Positions 9,134-18,817 are shown, counted from the first letter of the stretch. The stretch: DNA of 64,000 bases from an uncultured Solirubrobacteraceae bacterium (GCA_963763695.1 CAVXPM010000001.1:116963-180962); one strand, 5' to 3'. The notes: generated by a model from the letters alone, not told the origin. Made by a program: numbers and translations.

Positions 9134-9916
9134 ATGGCGCAAACGATCGCGGTCCTCTCGCAGAAGGGGGGCACCGGAAAGACCACCACGGTACGGACGC
9201 TCACAGACGTCCTGCGCCGCTGCGAGCTGCGCACGCTCGCGGTCGATCTCGACCCCCAGGGCAACCTCTCCGACTACTTCGACCTGCCCACCGACGTTCA
9301 GCCAACCGTCTCGGAGATGCTCTCCGGTCGCGCCAAGGCCGCTGAGGCGATTCACGACGACATCATTCCGGCCAACCTGACGCTGGCCGAGGCGGAGCTG
9401 ATGCTCGGCGGCAAGATGGGACGCGAGCTGACACTCAAGCGCGCATTGGCCGAAACGGCCGAGGACTACGACGTGATCCTGATCGACTGCCCGCCGTCGC
9501 TCGGGCTGCTCACGATCAACGCGCTGGTGGCGGCCGATCACGCGCTGATCACCGCCGAGGCACAGTACTTCGCACTCCAGGGCGTGGAGCAGGCGATGGA
9601 GGTCGTGGAGCTGGCACGCGACAGCCTCAACCCGCAGCTCTCGCTGCTGGGGGTGCTGCTGAACCTGGCCGACATGCGGACCGTGCACTCGCGGGAGGCG
9701 CTCGTCTCGCTGCAGGAGCGCTTCGGCGAGGCGGTCTTCGCCACCGCGATCCGCGCTTCGATCGCCTACGCGGAGTCGGCCGAGCGGGCACGCTCGATCC
9801 TCGACTACCGTCCCGATCTCGGCGCCGATTACATCGCCGTGTCAGACGAACTGATGCGACGGCTCCCGGGCTTGGCGGGCGCCCGCAAACGCCTCACCCG
9901 CCTGGCCACGAGCTAG
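9134..9916 (+). CDS. ParA/Soj-family ATPase (no adjacent parB)
   Basis: Deviant Walker A KGGTGKTTT, DLDPQGN, IDCPPSLG motifs. Confidence 0.92.
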   Translation: MAQTIAVLSQKGGTGKTTTVRTLTDVLRRCELRTLAVDLDPQGNLSDYFDLPTDVQPTVSEMLSGRAKAAEAIHDDIIPANLTLAEAELMLGGKMGRELTLKRALAETAEDYDVILIDCPPSLGLLTINALVAADHALITAEAQYFALQGVEQAMEVVELARDSLNPQLSLLGVLLNLADMRTVHSREALVSLQERFGEAVFATAIRASIAYAESAERARSILDYRPDLGADYIAVSDELMRRLPGLAGARKRLTRLATS

Positions 9917-10764
9917 AGCGCCCCGACGTAGGCTCCCTGGGGCTCGAAGGACACCCGCATCAGCGTGGCCCAACCCTCCGTCTCGCTCGCCAGCGCATCC
10001 GCCACGGCGCCGGTCTGCTCGTAGAAGCACCACACCAGCACGGTCGGTCCCGCGCCGGATATGGTCGCGCCGAGCGCGCCCAGCTCGCGGGCCCGGCAGG
10101 CCAGCTCGTATGAGCGCGGAAACAGGTGCGCGCGCCGGCGCTCGTGCAGACGGTCCTTCAGTCCACGTCCGAGCAGATCCCAGTCTCCCCGAGCCAGGCC
10201 CAACATCAGGATGGCTGCGTGGGCGACGTTGAAGACGGCATCCTCGAGCGGCACCTCGGCCGGTAGCGCGGCGCGCGCAGCACGCGTGCGCACGGCCTCG
10301 CTGGGAACGACGGCGAGCGCCTCCAGCCCCGTCGGCGGGTCCAGGCGCGTGACCTGCCCGTCGGTGCAGACCACGAAGCCGCCGTGGAGCGCGGCGGCGA
10401 CGTTGTCGGGGTGCCCCTCGAGCGCGGCGGCGTGCGCGAACAGGTCGGCGTCCAGCTCGAACATGTGGTCGGCTGCGGTCAAGCCGGCGACGATCGCCGC
10501 GGCGCTCGACCCGAGCCCTCCCGAGAGCGGGATCTCAGAGCGGATCCGGAAGGTGAAGCCATCGGCCGGGTGCAACTGCTCGAAGGCGCGTACGCAGAGG
10601 TTCTCGCGGCCGCGTCCCACCGCCAGCTCGGTCTCGACGGCGAACTCACCGGTCTCCTCCACTTCGAGCTCCAGCGGCAGCGAGAGCGCGGCTGCCATCG
10701 AGTCGAATCCCGGCCCGAGGTTGGCCGAGGAGGCGGGAACGCGAACGACCCGCTTACGGATCAC
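9913..10764 (-). CDS. thrB: Homoserine kinase
   Basis: PASSANLGPGFD, GLGSSAAA, GHPDNVA, ISGAGPT motifs. Confidence 0.95.
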   Translation of the reverse strand: MIRKRVVRVPASSANLGPGFDSMAAALSLPLELEVEETGEFAVETELAVGRGRENLCVRAFEQLHPADGFTFRIRSEIPLSGGLGSSAAAIVAGLTAADHMFELDADLFAHAAALEGHPDNVAAALHGGFVVCTDGQVTRLDPPTGLEALAVVPSEAVRTRAARAALPAEVPLEDAVFNVAHAAILMLGLARGDWDLLGRGLKDRLHERRRAHLFPRSYELACRARELGALGATISGAGPTVLVWCFYEQTGAVADALASETEGWATLMRVSFEPQGAYVGAL

Positions 10765-11788
10765 CCAGCACCGCTTCCTCGATCGGCCCGCGCTCGGCCA
10801 CGCACTGGATCACCTTGCCGTCGTTGTTGGCGATCGCAGTCTCGGGGTCCTTCAGGCCACGGCCGGTGAGCACGCAGACGACCTGCTCGGCACCGTCCGC
10901 TCCGTACTTGAGCAGGCCGGCCACCGACGCCGCCGAGGCGGGCTCGCAGAAGATCCCTTCGCGCGCGGCGAGCAGCCGGTAGGCGGCAAGGATCTCGGTG
11001 TCGCTGACCGCCCGGATCGACCCGCGTGACTCGGTCGTGGCCGCCATCGCGTCCTCCCAGCGGACGGGGTTGCCGATCCTGATCGCGCTGGCGACCGTTT
11101 CGGGGTGCTCGACGCGATGGCCGAGCACGAGCGGGGCCGCGCCCTCGGCCTGGAACCCGAACAGCCTCGGCGCCGCGCCGACCTCGCGAAAGCCACGCCA
11201 GTAGGAGGTGATGTTGCCGGCGTTGCCGACCGGGATGCAGAGCAGCTCGAGCTCGCCGTCGAGGTCCTCGTGCAGCTCGAACGCAGCCGTCTTCTGCCCT
11301 TCGATGCGGTACTCGTTGACCGAGTTGACGAGCACGATCGGATGCGTGTCGGTCAGCTCGCGCACGAGCGTCAGCGCCTGGTCGAAGTTGCCCGCGAGCG
11401 AGATCACGCGCGCGCCGTGAATCAACGTCTGCGCCATCTTTCCGCGCGCGATCTTGCCCTCGGGCACGATCACGGCACACGTGATTCCGGCGCGCGAGGC
11501 GTAGGCGGCGGCGCTCGCGGCGGTGTTCCCGGTGGAGGCGCAGATCACAGCCTGGGCGCCCTCGCGTACGGCTGCGCTCACAGCGCAGGTCATCCCGCGG
11601 TCCTTGAACGAGCCGGTCGGATTGGCGCCCTCGAGCTTCAGGCGCACACTCGCACCGAGCATCTCCGAGAGCACCGGCGCGCGCAGCAGCGGCGTCGAGC
11701 CCTCCTGCAGGCTCACGATCCGATCTCCCGCGGCGAACGGCAGGCGCTCGCGATAGCGCTCGATCAGCGGCACATGGCTTCTCGTCAT
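10754..11788 (-). CDS. thrC: Threonine synthase
   Basis: NPTGSFKDRG PLP lysine motif, CASTGNT, PVGNAGNIT. Confidence 0.95.
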   Translation of the reverse strand: MTRSHVPLIERYRERLPFAAGDRIVSLQEGSTPLLRAPVLSEMLGASVRLKLEGANPTGSFKDRGMTCAVSAAVREGAQAVICASTGNTAASAAAYASRAGITCAVIVPEGKIARGKMAQTLIHGARVISLAGNFDQALTLVRELTDTHPIVLVNSVNEYRIEGQKTAAFELHEDLDGELELLCIPVGNAGNITSYWRGFREVGAAPRLFGFQAEGAAPLVLGHRVEHPETVASAIRIGNPVRWEDAMAATTESRGSIRAVSDTEILAAYRLLAAREGIFCEPASAASVAGLLKYGADGAEQVVCVLTGRGLKDPETAIANNDGKVIQCVAERGPIEEAVLGDP

Positions 11789-11813
11789 CGGGACTCTCCT
11801 GGGGGGTTGCGAC

Positions 11814-13082
11814 TCACACGAGCTCCTCTTCGATCACACGGATGGTGCGCGGCGCCGAGCGCACGAAATCGAACTCGCTCACCAGCTCCACCGCGTGGCG
11901 CATGCTCGACTCGAGCACCGGATGGGTGACCATCACCAGGCGGGCGTGCTCACCCAGGCCGCGTTGCACAACGGACTTGATCGAGACGTCATGATCGCCC
12001 AGCACCCTGGTCACCGAGGCGAGCACCCCCGGATGGTCGGCCACGTCGAGGTGCAGGTAGAAGGCGCTTTCGACGTCCTCGACGAGCGGCAGCGCGAGCG
12101 GGGGCGCAGGCGGACGGGCGCCACCGGTCATCACGCTGACGACATCGCCCAGCACGGCGCTTGCGGTCTGCAGGCCGCCGGCTCCGGGACCCGACAGCGT
12201 GATCTCCGTGATCGTCTCGGACTCGACCGTCACGGCGTTGAACGACCCTGAGATGCTCGCCAGCGGATGGGCGGAGTAGAGGAACGTGGGATGCACCCGC
12301 ACCGAAAGTCCGCCCAGCCGGCGCTCGGCGGTGCCGATCAGCTTCAGCCCGAGGCCCAGCTCGCGCGCGTACTGCAGGTCGTCGAGGTGCAGGTGCTCGA
12401 TGCCCTCGTAGCGGACGTCATCGAGATGCACCGGGCTACCGAAGGCCAGGCGCGCGAGGATCGCCATCTTCGCGGCTGCATCGCGGCCGCTGACGTCGTC
12501 GCTCGGGTCGGCCTCGGCGTAGCCCTTGCGCTGGGCCTCGCGCAGCGCCTCGGCGTAGCTCGAGCCGCCGGCCATCTCGGTGAGGATGAAGTTGGTGGTG
12601 CCGTTGACGATCCCGTGGATGCGCTCGATCGGCGTGGCCGAGAGCGACTCCTCGAGCACGCGCACAACCGGCACGGTGCCCGCCACCGCGGCCTCGAAGC
12701 GCAGCCTGACGTCATGCGCCCGGGCGGTCTCATACAGCTCCTCGCCGTGCTGGGAGAGCAGTTGCTTGTTGGCGCTGACGACGTGCTTGCCGGCGCGCAT
12801 CGCCCTGAGCAGGTACTCGCGGGCGGGCTCGATCCCGCCCATCACCTCGACCACGAGGTCGGCATCGGCGACGATCTCCTCGAAGCTACCGCGCGAGCGC
12901 GTGAGGACGCCGCTGATCACCGGACGGCGGCCGTTGAAGCGCTCGATCTCGCCCGCCCTCTCGGCGAGCAGCTCGGCAAAGGCCGAGCCGACGGTGCCGT
13001 GGCCGAGCAGGCCCACCTTGAACGCGGGCGCCGAGGCGCGGCGATCGTCGGCCACAGCGGAGACCGGGCGCTCAGCGGACAT
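11814..13082 (-). CDS. hom: Homoserine dehydrogenase with C-terminal ACT domain
   Basis: GLLGHGTVG, VVSANK, GIVNGTTNFIL, GYAEADPSDDVSG, GPGAG motifs. Confidence 0.95.
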   Translation of the reverse strand: MSAERPVSAVADDRRASAPAFKVGLLGHGTVGSAFAELLAERAGEIERFNGRRPVISGVLTRSRGSFEEIVADADLVVEVMGGIEPAREYLLRAMRAGKHVVSANKQLLSQHGEELYETARAHDVRLRFEAAVAGTVPVVRVLEESLSATPIERIHGIVNGTTNFILTEMAGGSSYAEALREAQRKGYAEADPSDDVSGRDAAAKMAILARLAFGSPVHLDDVRYEGIEHLHLDDLQYARELGLGLKLIGTAERRLGGLSVRVHPTFLYSAHPLASISGSFNAVTVESETITEITLSGPGAGGLQTASAVLGDVVSVMTGGARPPAPPLALPLVEDVESAFYLHLDVADHPGVLASVTRVLGDHDVSIKSVVQRGLGEHARLVMVTHPVLESSMRHAVELVSEFDFVRSAPRTIRVIEEELV

Positions 13083-14355
13083 CGCGCGCGGCCAGATCCT
13101 CGAAGCTCTCGCGCCTCACCACCACGCGCGCGTCACCGTCCTTGCAGAAGATCACCGGCGGCCGGGGCACGCCGTTGTAATTGTTCGCCATCGCGTGGCC
13201 ATAGGCGCCGGTGGCGGCGGTCACGATCACATCGCCGGGGGCCGGGTCGTCCAACAGCGCCTCGCGCACGATCACATCGCCGGACTCGCAGTGCTTGCCC
13301 GCCAGCACGCAGCTGGTGGAGCCGCCGAAGCGGTCGGCGACATGCGCCTCGTAGGCCGATCCGTAGAGCATCGGGCGCATGTTGTCGGACATGCCGCCGT
13401 CGACGGCCACCCAGCGCGAGACGTTCTGCTTGACGCTCTCGACTGTGTAGAGGGTGACCGCGGCGTTGGCGCACAGCGAGCGGCCGGGCTCGATCATCAG
13501 CCGCCGCTCGCCCATGCCGTTGGCCTGCGCGGCTGCGACGAGCGCGCCGACATACTCCTCGACGGACGGGGGCGGCGGCTGCTCGGGGGTGTAGCGCACG
13601 CCCAGCCCGCCGCCGAGATCCCAGACCGGGAAATCGCCGAGCTTGGCGAGCTCCTCGGCCTCGTGCCGGAACGGCTCGAGGCTCAGAAGCTGCGAGCCGA
13701 TGTGCGCGTGCAGCCCCTGCAGCGAGAGCAGATCGGCGTCGCGCACGCGCGCGATCGCCTCGGCGGCGTCGTCCATCGCGAAACCGAACTTGGAGTCGGC
13801 CTGGCCGGTGGAGATCTTCTCGTGCGTGTCGCCCCTCACGTTCGGCGTGACCCGCACCAACACCGGCTGAGCCACGCGGTCGACGAGCAGGCCCTCACCC
13901 GCCAGGCGCTCCAGACGTTCGATCTCGTCGAAGTTGTCGAGCACGATCAGCCCGACCCGGTGGCACAGCGCCATCCGCAGCTCGGCCTGCGACTTGGCGT
14001 TTCCGTGCAGCACGATCCGCTCGGGCGCAAAGCCTGCGCGCAGCGCGAGATGGAGCTCGCCGCCGGAGGCCACGTCGCACCACAGGCCCTCGCGCGCGAA
14101 CAGCTCGAGCACGGCCGTGCAGGGGAAGGCCTTGGATGCGAAGACGACCTGGAAGTCCTCGTGGCCGCAGTCGCGTCCGGCCTGCACGAAGGCACGGGCG
14201 CGGACGCGCAGGTCCTCCTCGGCGACCACGTAGGCCGGCGTTCCGAACTCGGCGGCCAGCTCGACCGTGTCGCAGCCGCCGACCTCCAGGCGCCCGCGCT
14301 CGTTCAGCCGGCTGGCGAGCGGGAAGGCTTCGGAGAGACTGGTACCGGTGACCAT
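13072..14355 (-). CDS. lysA: Diaminopimelate decarboxylase
   Basis: FASKAF, HGNAKS, SKFG, HAHIGSQ, EPGRS, GKHCESGD motifs. ATG at 14355. Confidence 0.95.
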   Translation of the reverse strand: MVTGTSLSEAFPLASRLNERGRLEVGGCDTVELAAEFGTPAYVVAEEDLRVRARAFVQAGRDCGHEDFQVVFASKAFPCTAVLELFAREGLWCDVASGGELHLALRAGFAPERIVLHGNAKSQAELRMALCHRVGLIVLDNFDEIERLERLAGEGLLVDRVAQPVLVRVTPNVRGDTHEKISTGQADSKFGFAMDDAAEAIARVRDADLLSLQGLHAHIGSQLLSLEPFRHEAEELAKLGDFPVWDLGGGLGVRYTPEQPPPPSVEEYVGALVAAAQANGMGERRLMIEPGRSLCANAAVTLYTVESVKQNVSRWVAVDGGMSDNMRPMLYGSAYEAHVADRFGGSTSCVLAGKHCESGDVIVREALLDDPAPGDVIVTAATGAYGHAMANNYNGVPRPPVIFCKDGDARVVVRRESFEDLAARDVR

Positions 14356-14404
14356 GACCGGGATTATCGCTTGCGGGCGAGGGGCGCCGTCGGATGGGCC
14401 CGTT

Positions 14405-15178
14405 TCACCCGACCGCCGGGCGCAGTGCGCCGGCACCGCCACGACGGACCATCGCGGCCAGCCACAGCAGACCGACGGCGAGCAGCGCGAGACTCTCGAG
14501 CTGCGGCGCCGTGAGGCCGACCGCGACCTCCTTGTTGCGGCGGATAAACTCCACCAGGAAGCGCTCCAGGCCGCTGCCGAGGAGATACAGCGCGAACACC
14601 ACGCCGGGGCGCACGCGGTCGCGCAGCTTCCACAGCGCGTAGGCCAGCAGGCACATGCTGACGGTCTCATAGATCGGCGTGGGCTGTACGCGCACGCCGG
14701 GCGGCGTGGGCAGCGTGCCGTGCGGATAGCCCATCGCCCACGGCAGGCTCGAGCGGATCCCGTAGTCGCCGTCCCCGGACACCTGGCAGCCGATCCGCCC
14801 GATCGCATAGCCGAGTGCGAGCGCGGTGGCGCACATGTCGAAGGCCCACAGTTCGAGCACCTGGCGCCAGCGCATCCAGGCGATCACGCCGAGCGCGCCG
14901 CCGATCGCGCCGCCGTACCAGACCAGTCCCGAGCCCGAGAAGATGCTTCCGAGGAGGTCGTGCCTGACCTGATCGTAGTTCTGGAGGAGGTAGTAGCCGC
15001 GCGCACCGATGACGCCGCCGAGCAGCGCCGCGAAGGTGATCTCATAGGACCAGTCGATCGGCCGGTCGAGCTCGCGCAGCCTGCGCGCCACGAGCCCCCC
15101 GCACGCCAGGAAGCCCAGTGCGAACACTGCCCCGAAGGTCTTGACCGAGATGCCGAGCAGTTCGATTTCGGGCTTCAT
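14405..15178 (-). CDS. lgt: Prolipoprotein diacylglyceryl transferase
   Basis: GGVIGARGYY, GLVWYGG, GRIGCQVSGDG, QPTPIYE, RFLVEFIR motifs. ATG at 15178. Confidence 0.93.
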   Translation of the reverse strand: MKPEIELLGISVKTFGAVFALGFLACGGLVARRLRELDRPIDWSYEITFAALLGGVIGARGYYLLQNYDQVRHDLLGSIFSGSGLVWYGGAIGGALGVIAWMRWRQVLELWAFDMCATALALGYAIGRIGCQVSGDGDYGIRSSLPWAMGYPHGTLPTPPGVRVQPTPIYETVSMCLLAYALWKLRDRVRPGVVFALYLLGSGLERFLVEFIRRNKEVAVGLTAPQLESLALLAVGLLWLAAMVRRGGAGALRPAVG

Positions 15179-15250
15179 GGGGTGAGCGCGCTCGGCATCG
15201 ACTCGCATGACTTTACGGCAGCGATATCTGCTTCTGCGACAATCATGCGT

Positions 15251-16165
15251 ATGGCCAAGGGGCGCACGAGCTTCGGCAAAGACACGGGTCTGCAGGCGCG
15301 AATGCTGTTCACGATGTTCCTGCTGGGACTCGTGTACGTGGTGTTCGTCGGCGTGTTGTTCGCGGTGGGTGCCGGCGCCGGGCTGATCGTGGTCGTGGCG
15401 CTGGTCCTGCTCCTCTTCCAGCTGTTCGCCTCGGACAAGCTGGCGATGGCCACGATGGGCGTCAAAGAGGTCTCGCCGGCCGAAGAGCCGGAGCTGCACG
15501 GGATCGTCGAGCGCCTGTGCGTGCAGGCCGACCTGCCCAAGCCACGCGTGTGCGTGGCCGAGACCCCAATGCCGAACGCGTTTGCGATGGGCCGCTCGCA
15601 GAAGTCCACGACCGTGTGCGCCACGCGCGGCATCCTCAACCTGCTGAATCCCGCCGAGCTCGAAGGCGTGATGGCGCACGAGCTCACGCATGTGATCAAC
15701 CGCGACGTGATGGTGATGACGCTGGCGAGCTTCCTCGCGACGCTCGCCTCGCTGATCATCCAGTTTTCCTTCTTCTTCGGCGGCGGCTTCGGCGGCGGCT
15801 ATGGGCGCAGCAACGAAGAGGAGGACGACATCATGATCGTGCTGCTCGTCTCAGTGCTCGTCTACGCGATCTCCTTCCTGCTGCTGCGCGCGCTCTCGCG
15901 ATACCGCGAGTTCGCGGCCGATCGCGGCTCGGCCGTGCTCACGGGCCGCCCGAGCGCACTCGCCTCGGCCCTCTTGAAGATCAGCGGCACGATCGAGCAG
16001 GTTCCGAGCCAAGATCTGCGCAAGGCGGAAGGGATGAGCGCCTTCTTCATCATCCCCGCGCGCACGAAGAAGTCGCTGATGAACATCTTTGCCGACCACC
16101 CGCCACTCGAGCAGCGACTGGCCGCGCTCGAGCGGCTCGAGGCTCAGCTTCAGAGCGCCGCCTGA
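15251..16165 (+). CDS. htpX: Zinc metalloprotease HtpX (M48)
   Basis: PNAFAMG, ELEGVMAHELTH (HExxH), SRYREFAADR, DHPPLEQR. Confidence 0.93.
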   Translation: MAKGRTSFGKDTGLQARMLFTMFLLGLVYVVFVGVLFAVGAGAGLIVVVALVLLLFQLFASDKLAMATMGVKEVSPAEEPELHGIVERLCVQADLPKPRVCVAETPMPNAFAMGRSQKSTTVCATRGILNLLNPAELEGVMAHELTHVINRDVMVMTLASFLATLASLIIQFSFFFGGGFGGGYGRSNEEEDDIMIVLLVSVLVYAISFLLLRALSRYREFAADRGSAVLTGRPSALASALLKISGTIEQVPSQDLRKAEGMSAFFIIPARTKKSLMNIFADHPPLEQRLAALERLEAQLQSAA

Positions 16166-16167
16166 GG

Positions 16168-16761
16168 ATGGGCATCAAGGACATGCTCCTTGGCCGTCAC
16201 GAGGTCAAGGGTCCCGCGCCCGATCGCCTGTTCGCGATCACCACCGCCTACATCACGCTGCAGTCCGAGCACCAGATCGAACCCGCGGGGAGCGCAGCGA
16301 TCGTCTTCCAGGCGCTCGCCACGAGCGAGTTCGAAGCGACGCTGCGCGAAATGGAGGAGGTGGTCACGGCCACCGGCGGAGAGAGCGCCACGAAGGTCGC
16401 CACGGAGGACGACAGCTATGGCTATCGCTGGATGGTCCTGCGGAGCCCGGTGGGAGCGCCCAGCGTGGAAGACCTCGCGGTTGGGATCAACGCGGTCTCG
16501 GGCTCGATCGAGACGGCCGGACACGGGGAGCGCCTGCTGTGCGCGGTGTTCGCCTTCGAGGACGCGCGGAAGCGGCGGATCTACTTCATCTACAACTACA
16601 AGCGCGGTTCCTGGTACCCGTTCGTGCCCGACGCGGGCTCTGGGCGCCAGGAGCAGCGCGCGACCGAGCGCGAGCTGCAGCTGAAGGCCCAGATCGGCTC
16701 TGAGCTGCCGATCGAGCCCGAACTGTCGCGCTGGTTCCCTCTGTGGGGAATCCCGATCTGA
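16168..16761 (+). CDS. PspA-associated protein, PspAB-like
   Basis: Begins 3 nt after htpX; PDRLFAITTA...DSYGYRW...YNYKRGSWYPFVP...RELQL pattern; pspA neighbourhood. Confidence 0.7.
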   Translation: MGIKDMLLGRHEVKGPAPDRLFAITTAYITLQSEHQIEPAGSAAIVFQALATSEFEATLREMEEVVTATGGESATKVATEDDSYGYRWMVLRSPVGAPSVEDLAVGINAVSGSIETAGHGERLLCAVFAFEDARKRRIYFIYNYKRGSWYPFVPDAGSGRQEQRATERELQLKAQIGSELPIEPELSRWFPLWGIPI

Positions 16762-16767
16762 CGGCTT

Positions 16768-17046
16768 TCAGTCGGGGATCAGCCCGTCGCCGGTGAACTC
16801 GCGCCCGGCTTCCTCGAAGGACAGGTCATCGGGCGGGATGATCACGTCTGAGCCCGCCAGGTCGTCGTCGGCGATCGGCTCGCCGTTGCTGCGCACGTAG
16901 TCGAGCAGCGCCTTGAACGCCTGGTGGTAGTCGTCCTCGCTGCCACCATTGACAGTGGCCACGACGGCGTTCTCCATGTCGTTCAGGCGCGCGGCGACCT
17001 CGTCGGGGAGCCGGTACTGGTTCTCGCCCGAGATGCGAACGATCAT
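16768..17046 (-). CDS. PspA-associated protein, PspAA-like
   Basis: MIVRISGENQYRL...SDVIIPPDDLSFEE...GLIPD; overlaps the pspA stop (ATGA). Confidence 0.75.
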   Translation of the reverse strand: MIVRISGENQYRLPDEVAARLNDMENAVVATVNGGSEDDYHQAFKALLDYVRSNGEPIADDDLAGSDVIIPPDDLSFEEAGREFTGDGLIPD

Positions 17047-17822
17047 GCCTGTCCGCTCTCGCCCGCCCGACCCGGCTCGCCGGGTGCGATCTGCGGCGCC
17101 TCCGGAGCATCGCCGTGGCCCAGTTCGCTCTTCATCTTCGCCAGCTCGTTGTCCACGGCCGGCTGGCTGGAGAGCTGCTTGAGCTGGCGGTCGATGTCGT
17201 CTTCGCCTGAGCCCAGCTGTGTGATGTCGTCGAAGGTGCCGGCAGCTTCCAACTCGGATACCGCGTCGGCGCGGGCTTTCATGTTTTCGGTCTTGTCCAC
17301 CGCCCGCTGCATCGCCAGGCCGACGTCGGCCATCTGCTCGCCGACTCCGGTGGCGGCCTCGGAGATCCGCACCTGGGCCTCCGCAGCCGAGTACTGTGCC
17401 TTGATGACCTCCTTCTTGGTGCGGAAAGCTTCGATCTTCGCGCGAAGTTTCTGCTCGGAGTCGGTCAGCTTCTGCTGCTGCTCTTCGAGTTCGTTGACCT
17501 GGGTGTCGAGGCCCTGGAGCTCGGTCTGAGCGACGTTCTTGCGTTCCAACGCGGTTCTGGCAAGATCCTCCTGGCCGGCTGCGAGCGCCTGGCGCGCCTG
17601 GGTGTCGAGCTTGACCACGCTCTGCTGCAGCGAGCTCTCCTGCATCTGCAGGCGCTTCTTCGCGGTCACCACATCGGCGATGCCCTTCTTGACGTTCTGC
17701 AGCTGTTCGACCTGCTTCTGGTAGCTGTAGTCCAGGGTCTCAGCCGGGTCTTCAGCGCGATCCAGCAGTTTGGAGACCTTGGCCTTCACGACGGTAGACA
17801 TGCGCCCGGTCAGGCCGGCCAT
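17043..17822 (-). CDS. pspA: PspA/IM30 (ESCRT-III-like) family protein
   Basis: LLDRAEDPAETLDY, long coiled coil, AQYSAAEAQ, MKARADA; AGGAGG RBS upstream. Confidence 0.93.
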   Translation of the reverse strand: MAGLTGRMSTVVKAKVSKLLDRAEDPAETLDYSYQKQVEQLQNVKKGIADVVTAKKRLQMQESSLQQSVVKLDTQARQALAAGQEDLARTALERKNVAQTELQGLDTQVNELEEQQQKLTDSEQKLRAKIEAFRTKKEVIKAQYSAAEAQVRISEAATGVGEQMADVGLAMQRAVDKTENMKARADAVSELEAAGTFDDITQLGSGEDDIDRQLKQLSSQPAVDNELAKMKSELGHGDAPEAPQIAPGEPGRAGESGQA

Positions 17823-17899
17823 CTGATCCTCCTATTGCATTTCCGCGGAGCGGCCGAGAGTTCGGCCAACGACCTCAAGCCTAGCCGACCGGAGCCGGC

Positions 17900-18658
17900 T
17901 CAGAGCCCGAGCGGGTGGCGGACCGTGAAACCTTCGTTCGCCGGACGCAACGGGCGCCAGCGGGGACCATCCTCGTTGGTCGGGTCATCGGCCGCGCTGG
18001 TGTCGAGCCGCAGGCCGGCCACCGTCATGTAGGCGTGGCCGGCGTTGGAGAAGATCGTGATCCAGCGTCCTGCGCCGTGCGAGCCCCAGATCATGAATTC
18101 GGAGGAGTCCGCGGGCGTGGTGAGCAGGTTGGCGCCGTGCAGCGCGAAGGAGACGGTGCCCGAGCAGTCATAGCCGGGCGAGACGAACGAGGCGTGCCCG
18201 CCGCCGTAGATGTAGGGCAGCCCGATCACCTGGTTGCCCGCCCAGACGATCTGCTGGACGGTTTCCGGAGCCGACATCGGTGCGGCGGCCAGGCCCGCGA
18301 TGTAGCGGGCGCGTATGCCGGGAACGAGCAGCTCGGGCTTGGTGGCCGCGGTGACCCCGACCGGGCTGCCGCCTGTGGTGGCGCCTATCTGCCCGGTCGG
18401 CGCCAGCGGCTGGTAGGGGACCACTGCGCCGGTCGCCGTCTTCTCGTACACCGGACCGGTGTATGTGAGCTTGGTCGAGCGCGAGGTGACCGGGGCAAGC
18501 TGCAGCGCCGGCGCAACAGGCGGGGCGGTGGTGGCCACGGGGGCGACGGCGGGAGCCGTCGCGGGCGCTCCGCCCGTGCTCGCGGCGAACGTGCTTGGCG
18601 CCGCGCCGGCCAGGGTAATCAAGCTGCAGACAATCGCGCTAAGGGTGGCTACCCGCAA
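17900..18658 (-). CDS. Secreted NlpC/P60-like peptidoglycan endopeptidase
   Basis: Signal peptide, Ala/Pro linker, PYIYGGGH...YDCSG...GHAYM catalytic Cys/His pattern. Confidence 0.85.
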   Translation of the reverse strand: MRVATLSAIVCSLITLAGAAPSTFAASTGGAPATAPAVAPVATTAPPVAPALQLAPVTSRSTKLTYTGPVYEKTATGAVVPYQPLAPTGQIGATTGGSPVGVTAATKPELLVPGIRARYIAGLAAAPMSAPETVQQIVWAGNQVIGLPYIYGGGHASFVSPGYDCSGTVSFALHGANLLTTPADSSEFMIWGSHGAGRWITIFSNAGHAYMTVAGLRLDTSAADDPTNEDGPRWRPLRPANEGFTVRHPLGL

Positions 18659-18675
18659 AACAACAACCTCTTTCG

Positions 18676-18800
18676 TCGGCCTGCGGGGTTAGCTGACGGG
18701 CTAGCGCTGAAAGAGCCTGCGCTTCTCACGGTCCCACCGCGAGATTCGCCCCAACAACCTGGGTCCCCCGTTCCCTGACAACTGGTCAAGGACTCGGCGT
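18676..18800 (-). ncRNA. c-di-AMP (ydaO/yuaA) riboswitch
   Basis: Minus strand reads CGCCGAGTCC...GGAACGGGGGACCCA...GGGGCGAATC...CCCGTCAGCTAACCCCGCAGGC, the conserved ydaO core, directly upstream of the NlpC/P60 gene. Confidence 0.92.
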
Positions 18801-18808
18801 TGGCGCGC

Positions 18809-18817
18809 ACGCTAGCA
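18809..18817 (-). promoter_or_regulatory. Extended -10 promoter for the riboswitch transcript
   Basis: TGcTAGCGT on the minus strand, about 8 nt upstream of the riboswitch 5' end. Confidence 0.5.

Noticed and set aside
12580-14514. Long ORFs antisense to real genes (e.g. 12580-14514, 23607-25742, 53092-55098, 61466-62977)
   Set aside because: These are shadow ORFs expected from GC-rich codon bias; they have no motifs and the opposite strand encodes clear conserved proteins.
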